From IMG/VR virus record IMGVR_UViG_3300045125_000127: a DNA stretch of 28,493 nt. One strand, written 5' to 3'. Below, piece by piece: positions 22,246 through 28,493 of this stretch. This stretch comes from a virus. A program made the position numbers and the translations under genes. Below the pieces are notes generated by a model. It had not been told where the DNA came from. It did not search any database and saw nothing but the letters and a program-made list of their open reading frames with translations. Numbering within the stretch: position 1 is the stretch's first letter; each line of letters starts with the position of its first letter.

Positions 22246-22317
22246 GCCCGGTTGGTGAAGGGGTATCCCGCTACCTTGACATGGTAGAGTGAAAGGTTCC
22301 GAGTCCTTTACCGGGCA
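22246..22317 (+). tRNA. tRNA-Val(GAC)
   Basis: GCCCGGT/ACCGGGC-A, CTACC-TTGACAT-GGTAG. Confidence 0.9.
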
Positions 22318-22352
22318 CTGTTGGCAAGAAACTCTCCATACGGGGAAGAAAG

Positions 22353-22580
22353 ATGATTGATGCACAAACAATGAGTATGACGGATCAGCTTCAGACTGCC
22401 GTCCGTGAAGAATTTTCCGAGCGGGGTTTTGACGTAGAAGTATCTATTGCCGTTGACGACGACAGTGAAGGGATGCAGTTTTCGGTTAAAGGCAAAAATT
22501 TCACCAAAGAGTTTGTTGACGAAGTGTTAGAAGCGGCGGTCGTTCGGATTGGGGGCAAAATCACCAGTAAGGGGTCGTAG
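22353..22580 (+). CDS. hypothetical protein
   Basis: 75-aa ORF; stop codon lies inside the tRNA. Confidence 0.65.
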   Translation: MIDAQTMSMTDQLQTAVREEFSERGFDVEVSIAVDDDSEGMQFSVKGKNFTKEFVDEVLEAAVVRIGGKITSKGS

Positions 22581-22644
22581 CTCAGTTGGTAGAGCAGCTT
22601 CGTTCGCAACGAAGAGGTCAGGGGTTCAACTCCCCTCGGCTCCA
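22571..22644 (+). tRNA. tRNA-Ala(CGC)
   Basis: CTTCG-TTCGCAA-CGAAG. Confidence 0.94.
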
Positions 22645-22818
22645 CTATGAAACGAAAAGAGGCCCGTGAGCGGCTTTTAAGGGTCGGCATAATTGATCCC
22701 GACAACGATGGTGAATTGTCCGATCAATACTGCACCAAAAGGAACGTATCGAGAAACAGCTTCGTCGTGAGCAATACGAGCAAGGCGAGGAAATTGTACG
22801 GAGAGAATTAGGTGGAAC

Positions 22819-23286
22819 ATGAGCGAGAAGACAAAGTCGTCGGTATATTTGGAACAAAAGTGTGAGGCTCTGGAGCAAGTTATCGACTTCTTCTCTGCGA
22901 TGCAGGGCAATGCAATTCGTTCCGCCAACGACAAGTTGTTGATTTTCTTGGCCCAGATGGACTTCTGGGATTGGGAAATGGAGAACCTGATCTACTCGTT
23001 CACGAACTTCAAGGAACGGTCGAAGGCGTGGAGCAGCAACCCGGAGATTGCGGAACAGTTGCTCAAGCAGGGCATTTTGATTAAGAACAAGTTGGAACGT
23101 GACCTCGGCTACTCGATGGGTTACAATTTCACTCGCAAGAACAACGTGGTCGCCCCGTGGAACGTGTTGAAGCGGGTGATCTTGAAATGGAACGACCTGT
23201 TGAAGTTGTGTGAGGAAAGGTTCTGGCTTCGCAGAAGGCCCGTGACAGTGCGATCTATCTCGGTGCGAACATTCTGCCCGACCTGA
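22819..23286 (+). CDS. hypothetical protein; true end probably about 23370 after a frameshift
   Basis: 155-aa ORF; alternative frame gives CDRCD...NCDELC zinc tail. Confidence 0.65.
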   Translation: MSEKTKSSVYLEQKCEALEQVIDFFSAMQGNAIRSANDKLLIFLAQMDFWDWEMENLIYSFTNFKERSKAWSSNPEIAEQLLKQGILIKNKLERDLGYSMGYNFTRKNNVVAPWNVLKRVILKWNDLLKLCEERFWLRRRPVTVRSISVRTFCPT

Positions 23287-23369
23287 GTAAGTTCCGCAAG
23301 GACGCTTACAAGTGGCTGGACGAGGAACTGTGATGAATTGTGCCCCGTCGAACGTCTGGGCCGCACTCG

Positions 23370-23695
23370 CCCAAGACAACGAAAAGAAAACAAAACTGAA
23401 ATTCTATCCTCAGCCGGACGGAACGGCTCTGGCAGTTTTTGGTGCCCCGGCTGCAAGTCAACTCACACATATGTTTTGGGAACTTATGTGGGTGTCGGGA
23501 GAGTGGGGCGAGATGAAGGGCAAGCCGGTTCGCATGGACAACTGGCTGTTCAACGGGGATTTGGAGTTTCCCACTTTCAGTCCGTCGTTAAAATACGATG
23601 ATTGCCACCTGATTCTTCGGCGTGGCATCCTCGAATTCTGTGGCGACTGCAAGCACGAATTGAAAAACAAAGACGTTGAGATGGAACTATTTTGA
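23370..23695 (+). CDS. DUF6527-like zinc protein (frameshifted; start approximate)
   Basis: FWCPGCKSTH then WLFNGDLEFPTFSPSL..CHLILRRGILEFCGDCKH. Confidence 0.65.
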
Positions 23696-24249
23696 ATTTA
23701 ACTCTGTATTTTGACGGCAGTTGCACCAAACCGGGCGGGACTGCCGGGTACGGCTGGCGGCTTCTCGATAACGGCAAAGAGGTTGCCAAGGATTCCGGCG
23801 TTGTTTGCGAAGGCCCGGAGGCGACGAACAACGTGGGAGAGTGGGGTGCGGTGAGGAACGCACTTCGGTATTTGAAACAAGAGAATTGGGCAGGGAGGCT
23901 CGAAATTATCGGCGACAGTCAGTTGGTAATTTACCAACTGACTGGTCGGTATAAATGCCGAAAAGAGACGTTGATTCCTTACTACGAAGAGTGTAAGCTG
24001 TATCTCGATACGATTGAGTGGTCGGCCCGTTGGGTTCCTCGTGAAGAGAACCGAGAGTGCGATGAACTATCCAAGTGTGCCGATACGACCTCTGAAAACC
24101 CGAATAGACATCGACCGGCTCTTGGGAACAGACGAAGAAAAAATAAAGGAACTCCAACAGATTTTCCCAAGTTGGGGAAGAAACCCCGGAAGTATCGTTC
24201 GATTGACGATCCCGGTGAGTACGGTGACGAATCTGCGCCTGTAGTGTAA
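23692..24249 (+). CDS. rnhA: ribonuclease HI family protein with basic C-terminal tail
   Basis: YFDGSC, TNNVGEW, GDSQLVI, WVPREENRECDELS. Confidence 0.9.
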   Translation: MNLTLYFDGSCTKPGGTAGYGWRLLDNGKEVAKDSGVVCEGPEATNNVGEWGAVRNALRYLKQENWAGRLEIIGDSQLVIYQLTGRYKCRKETLIPYYEECKLYLDTIEWSARWVPREENRECDELSKCADTTSENPNRHRPALGNRRRKNKGTPTDFPKLGKKPRKYRSIDDPGEYGDESAPVV

Positions 24250-24511
24250 TTGCGAAAGGGGAAGGCGGGACACCAAACCCGACGGAAGCAAGGCGAAAAG
24301 TTAGTGACGGAACCCAAGTAACATCGCAAAAGGCTGAAAAAACCGTGAGCGGCTGAGAGGGCCGACAGGCTTGGGGAAAGTTGCGAGTCGAAGTAGTGTT
24401 GTGGAAGTCGGCTAGTAGGTTTCGTCGGAAGCGAGTAGTAGGTAGCACGAGAGTTAAAAGCATTTTGCGATAGGGGAACTCTTAGTCTAGGTTCGATTCC
24501 TAGCGGGCACT
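24235..24511 (+). ncRNA. giant tRNA scaffold with ~190-nt D-loop insert and enlarged anticodon loop
   Basis: GCGCCTG-TAGTGTAAT ... GGTAGCAC-G-AGAGTT/AACTCT-TAGT-CTAGG-TTCGATT-CCTAG-CGGGCAC. Confidence 0.78.
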
Positions 24512-24514
24512 AAT

Positions 24515-24892
24515 ATGGCAGTCAAACGTAAGTTAATCGAGTGCGAGTGCGGCGAGATATTCGCCGACGTTCGCAACCAACTACAGGGCGAACTCAAGCA
24601 CGGCCCGTGGCGGTTTAAGACGAGTCGTCTTCGGACACAGAAGACGGCGAACGGCGGTGACGTTGTTGCCTGCATCTTCGAGCGGTCTGTGGAGTGTGCC
24701 AAGTGTGGCATGGAATTGATTCGTGAGAAGCGGCAGTACGATTTAACGCCGCCGGTCAATCCGAGCAAGCCCGAACCGATTCCTTCTTTCTTCGACCGTG
24801 AGTTGGTTGTTTCGGCCGACGCCCCGGTTAAGAAGGGTAAAGACGACGGCATAATTTCTATCGAAAGATATACCGAACGTGAAACCGGGTGA
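24515..24892 (+). CDS. hypothetical zinc-binding protein
   Basis: CECG and CAKCG motifs. Confidence 0.7.
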   Translation: MAVKRKLIECECGEIFADVRNQLQGELKHGPWRFKTSRLRTQKTANGGDVVACIFERSVECAKCGMELIREKRQYDLTPPVNPSKPEPIPSFFDRELVVSADAPVKKGKDDGIISIERYTERETG

Positions 24893-25188
24893 GCGCATGA
24901 AAACTGATTGCTTCTATGTTTTCGAGAACAAAGCTGTTGCAATCGTGGAAATGCTTGCCGATGATGGCGGGAGACAAAGGGCACGAATCAGGCACATTCA
25001 GAGAGAAAAGCGGACAAGTTTGGCAATATTTCTGATGAAGACGACTTGGAAGACGTTTATTGCGACCGCCTTACAGAAATGACCCGTAAAGTTGCTGACG
25101 ATCTGATTAAGAAATACAACCGCACTATTGGCGAATGCAATATGCGGATTCACGCTCTCAATGAATGTCTGTCGTATATGGAGTGACC

Positions 25189-25491
25189 ATGAAACTGCGT
25201 GAACTGTTGGATATGGCTAAGGAAAGTCCAGAACTTTTGGACTACACCCTGAACCTTTCCGATTATATCGTTGTCGCTGACAGTGGACCCGAAGAAGATC
25301 AGGAAGATTTCGATGTCGTGGTAGACTTCCCGATTCGTGGGATCGCCTCGCACGACGAGACGAAGGAACTGAGGTTCATTTTGGACCGCAGCGACGTTGA
25401 GGCAATTGAACAGACGGGCGACCGCATCTTGTTCATGAAGAAGGTTCATGATACAATGGAAAAGAACCTTCAAGAAAACGACGGCCTGTGA
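25189..25491 (+). CDS. hypothetical acidic protein
   Basis: GGAG SD; MKLRELL start. Confidence 0.7.
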   Translation: MKLRELLDMAKESPELLDYTLNLSDYIVVADSGPEEDQEDFDVVVDFPIRGIASHDETKELRFILDRSDVEAIEQTGDRILFMKKVHDTMEKNLQENDGL

Positions 25492-25554
25492 GTGTGCCGG
25501 TAACACATATGCGCTTCGGACGCTAAAAAAGGGGTTCGATTCCTCTACAGGCTA
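25483..25554 (+). tRNA. tRNA-Arg(TCG)
   Basis: GGCCTGT/ACAGGCT-A, GCG-CTTCGGA-CGC. Confidence 0.8.
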
Positions 25555-25555
25555 C

Positions 25556-26050
25556 TATGACCCAAATGCTCAGAGGGGATTACATCACCTGTTAAGTGTT
25601 TGCCCGAAAGGGCTAATCTCTTCATTATTTGTTGGGTCGTAATTTACAAGGTGACGGATAGATAACGTGTCACAAAACTCTCCACTTCGGTGGGAAGGAC
25701 AATGACTCGTGTGGCTAAGACCCGCAAGGGGACCATAGACGGTGAAAGTCCTGTTGCCTCCCGTCCACCAATCATTAGGTCGGTCATGGAGAACCTAACG
25801 TTCTTCGGTCGGAAATCGAGGATAACGTGCTAGTTGGTAGGGTGACAGCCTACCAAGGCTAAGACCGGACGGGTCGGCACATGCAGCTTCGGCGAAGAAA
25901 TTGTGTCGCCACGAGTGCTAACCGAGAATCTCTGGATAAGTCCCGACGCCACGAAAACCCTGTACTTCGGTACAAACGTGCTAGTAGTTGGTAATGGGGA
26001 GGTAGAGGCAGATGTTGCCCCGCAAAGAAGCCGCAGAGAGGGGCCGGTTA
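25556..26050 (+). ncRNA. large structured ncRNA (~500 nt)
   Basis: No credible ORF; many GNRA/UUCG hairpins (GCCC-GAAA-GGGC, CCAC-TTCG-GTGG, CC-GCAA-GG, TGTAC-TTCG-GTACA) and long-range TTGCCTCCC/GGGAGGTAG. Confidence 0.7.
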
Positions 26051-26057
26051 GCTCAAT

Positions 26058-26126
26058 GACGGTGTAGCAAATTGGATATGCTGCTCTCATAAGGCAGTCG
26101 AGTGGGTTCGATTCCCACCACCGTCA
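26058..26126 (+). tRNA. tRNA(CAT), Met or Ile2
   Basis: GACGGTG/CACCGTC-A, CTGCT-CTCATAA-GGCAG; paralog of 13521. Confidence 0.83.
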
Positions 26127-26134
26127 CTTCAAAA

Positions 26135-26165
26135 GATGTTACACCGAGCGGTTTGAATGCCGTCT
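26135..26165 (+). promoter_or_regulatory. bipartite promoter motif copy 7
   Basis: GATGTTACACC-N14-CCGTCT. Confidence 0.7.
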
Positions 26166-26213
26166 TGTCTTTGCCATTCTTGGCTTGTGCGAGTTGTGGA
26201 GAACTTAGTTTTG

Positions 26214-27166
26214 ATGACCCGTGAAGAAGCCCGCCAGCGTAGCATTTACGTTCGCAAGCGGGGCTGTTTGTACGGTTTGGCTGTAGGTGACGCTCTGGGT
26301 GCCGCCGTAGAATTCAAGATGCCCGGAGAGTTTTCCCGCTGACTTGTTATCGAGACGGCGGGCCGTTCCATTTACGCCGTGGTCAGTGGACCGACGACAC
26401 GAGCATGGCACTGGCTCTGGCCGACAGTATCGGCAAAACCGGTTGGAATCTGACCGACCAGATGAATCGGTATTGTGACTGGTGGCAGAACGGCACATAT
26501 TCGGTCAACGGCAGATGTTTCGACATTGGCACCCAGACCCGATACGCCCTGAACGAATTTCTCGACACGAATCAGGCACGATCCGGTGACACGGACGAGG
26601 CCAACAGCGGCAACGGTTCGATCATGCGACTGGCTCCGGTGGCTATCAAATACGCCGACCTGTTCCCGGCTCGGATTGAAGAACTGTCGATAATCGCAGA
26701 GGATTCGAGTGCGACGACGCACCCAAGCCCGCAGTGTACTTCGGCTTGTCGATACATGGCACTGGTGCTTGCCGCACTAATCAACGGCGAGGAAAAGAAG
26801 GACGTGCTTTCTCCCGACTGGAAATACCTGAACGAATTGAACGAGATTAAGCCGCTCCACAAACTCGTCCAGAAGGTTGCCGAAGGCAGTTTCCGTTCGG
26901 GCAAGGTGAAAGGCTCCGGTTGGGTGATTGAAAGTCTCGAAGCCGCTTTGTGGGCCTTCAGCAGTTCCAGCGGTTTCGATCAGGCGGTTTTGAAGGCGGC
27001 GAATCTCGGCAACGATGCAGATACAACCGCTGCCGTTTGTGGACAATTCGCCGGAGCGTATTGGGGCGAAACTGGAATTTCGTACACGCCCTTTCGGGAC
27101 GAACTTGATCGCAAGGATATGATCGAAGAGGCTTTGGCTTCGCTCGGCGTGGGCAAGCATTATTGA
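26214..27166 (+). CDS. ADP-ribosylglycohydrolase, DraG/ARH family (frameshift near 26340)
   Basis: GLAVGDALG, QWTDDTSM, GNGSIMRLAP, DADTTAAVCG. Confidence 0.92.
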
Positions 27167-27173
27167 GTCAGGA

Positions 27174-27248
27174 GCTGCCGTTAGCTCAGTTGGTAGAGCC
27201 GCACGGATCACACCCGTGAGGATCGCAGGTTCGAGTCCTGCACGCGCA
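27174..27248 (+). tRNA. tRNA-Val(CAC), imperfect acceptor stem as read
   Basis: CACGG-ATCACAC-CCGTG, GCAGG-TTCGAGT-CCTGC. Confidence 0.8.
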
Positions 27249-27250
27249 CT

Positions 27251-27661
27251 ATGAGCGACACCGAAAAGCTGCAACGGATCGAACAACTGGTTCGTGATTG
27301 GGACGGCAAGACGGGTCACGACCGGTGTTGGTATTATCCAGACCTGTTTCGGCAGATAGCCGGAATTCTTGGCTTGGAACTGACTACAACCCCAGACCTC
27401 CCGCACGGGCCGAGTTCGAGGAAGGTTGTCGTCGTTACCAAGAACAGGAATACGGTGATGGAAGAGTTTGATTGGCCGTCGATGATGGTTGATTATTTGG
27501 CCGGTATAATTCCACTGAGAGAGTTCTACGAGACTTTCATGGTGGAAACGTGGGACGTGGACGACGACCGGGTTCATGAGATTCATTTATATTTCGCCGA
27601 ATATACCGGCGGATATAGGACCGAAGAGGATTTGCGAGAAAAACTTGCGGGATTGGTATAG
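27251..27661 (+). CDS. hypothetical; probably two small genes fused by an indel (second start about 27458)
   Basis: GHDRCWYYPD N-terminal part; MEEFDW..EEDLREKL C-terminal part. Confidence 0.55.
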   Translation: MSDTEKLQRIEQLVRDWDGKTGHDRCWYYPDLFRQIAGILGLELTTTPDLPHGPSSRKVVVVTKNRNTVMEEFDWPSMMVDYLAGIIPLREFYETFMVETWDVDDDRVHEIHLYFAEYTGGYRTEEDLREKLAGLV

Positions 27662-27717
27662 TGGTTGTGCCGAAGATTTCCAATCTTCTGAGATGGGTTC
27701 GATTCCCTTATCCCGCT
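27647..27717 (+). tRNA. tRNA-Gly(TCC)
   Basis: GCGGGAT/ATCCCGC-T, GAAGA-TTTCCAA-TCTTC. Confidence 0.9.
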
Positions 27718-27733
27718 CTAAAAAAGGTGAGCC

Positions 27734-27952
27734 GTGCGGAAGTTCCTAAGTAAATACTTGAGATATTTTCGCCACACTTGGTTTGGCAGCGATTGGAGTA
27801 TTGTCTGTTGGATTTTCTTCATGTTGCCATTGCTGCTGAACGAAAGTTGGATTTTCCGGTCAATGGCTCCGGCCATGATGTTGATTCTTCCGTTGCTCGT
27901 TTGGGCACAGGTTCACGTTGATCGTGAAGCTAGGAAACAGAAAGAAACATAA
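27734..27952 (+). CDS. small membrane protein
   Basis: AAGGTGA SD; two hydrophobic segments. Confidence 0.6.
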   Translation: MRKFLSKYLRYFRHTWFGSDWSIVCWIFFMLPLLLNESWIFRSMAPAMMLILPLLVWAQVHVDREARKQKET

Positions 27953-27953
27953 T

Positions 27954-28358
27954 ATGGCAATTTTTCGGTTGATGTGGGGAACATACGACGGCGACACGAA
28001 CTACTACTTCGAGGGGCCGGAAGTTTCTCAAGAAGACTTCGTGGAAGTTTGCAACCAGTTGATGCGTGAAGCCTGTCGTGATTTTCTCGACGGCGACGAA
28101 AATCAAACTTGGCTCGGCTACATGAACTTGGTCGATGAAGTTGCCAGACGGTTGCCGAGTCGTGGGTTCCAGCGAACAGAACTGAAAGCTGCCGAGTACA
28201 TTCACGGGATGATTTTGAGGGTTCCCGGCGACGACTACAGTGGCGACCACCAAAACGTTCTTGGGCCTGAGTTGGAATCGGAAGCCATTAAGTGGAACGA
28301 GGATTTCGAGCAAAGGAACCGGAAGTGTTTGAATAAAGTCTTGGGGAAAGACGAATGA
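27954..28358 (+). CDS. hypothetical protein
   Basis: 134-aa ORF from MAIFRLMWG. Confidence 0.75.
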   Translation: MAIFRLMWGTYDGDTNYYFEGPEVSQEDFVEVCNQLMREACRDFLDGDENQTWLGYMNLVDEVARRLPSRGFQRTELKAAEYIHGMILRVPGDDYSGDHQNVLGPELESEAIKWNEDFEQRNRKCLNKVLGKDE

Positions 28359-28493
28359 TTGTTGTATGTGCTTGGTGTTGTGAAAACATGGGCACCAAAG
28401 AACCCAAAGACGACGACAGTGTAACTCACGGCATGTGTCCAGTTTGTTTTGAGAAAGAGATGTCCGTTCGCACGGATTCTGCCACTGCGCTGT

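Noticed and set aside
25738-25755. RNase P RNA, from GGTGAAAGTCC resembling GAGGAAAGTCC
   Set aside because: No matching 3' P4 strand (AACAGAA...CGGCTTA) was found in this element
1673-27166. Frameshifts in trpS, hisS, FkbM, ARH and endonucleases as programmed frameshifting or mass pseudogenisation
   Set aside because: Single-base indels occur across all gene types and in tRNA stems while catalytic motifs stay intact; long-read consensus error is the simpler explanation
15434-27586. Long minus-strand ORFs (15434-16204, 20968-21804, 22645-23379, 26777-27586)
   Set aside because: They are shadows of + strand genes and carry no recognisable motifs

Overview
A 28.5-kb segment, almost entirely + strand, that looks like the tRNA array of a large bacteriophage. 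It holds about 53 near-canonical tRNA genes, nearly all without encoded CCA. Among them are seven free-standing homing-type endonucleases (4 HNH, 1 LAGLIDADG, 2 PD-(D/E)XK), shortened TrpRS and HisRS genes, RNase HI, an ADP-ribosylglycohydrolase, an FkbM methyltransferase and many small hypothetical genes. The most unusual content is RNA. About ten tRNA scaffolds carry structured inserts in the D-loop or anticodon arm, and three of these inserts share the motif CGGC(C/A)ACCGG-N6-8-CCGAGTTC. There are also a two-elbow fused tRNA with swapped acceptor strands, a YrlA-like permuted tRNA, two 8/4 tRNA-Cys genes, long-variable-arm tRNAs with Asn and Trp anticodons, and several 100-500 nt structured ncRNA candidates. 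Also seen: a seven-copy bipartite ECF-like promoter motif, SD-sequestering hairpins in front of endonuclease genes, and a (Y/W)RSID(D/E) tag near the C-terminus of four proteins. Single-base indels are frequent and look like long-read consensus errors, so frameshifts and single-base tRNA anomalies are low-certainty. All folds were done by eye.
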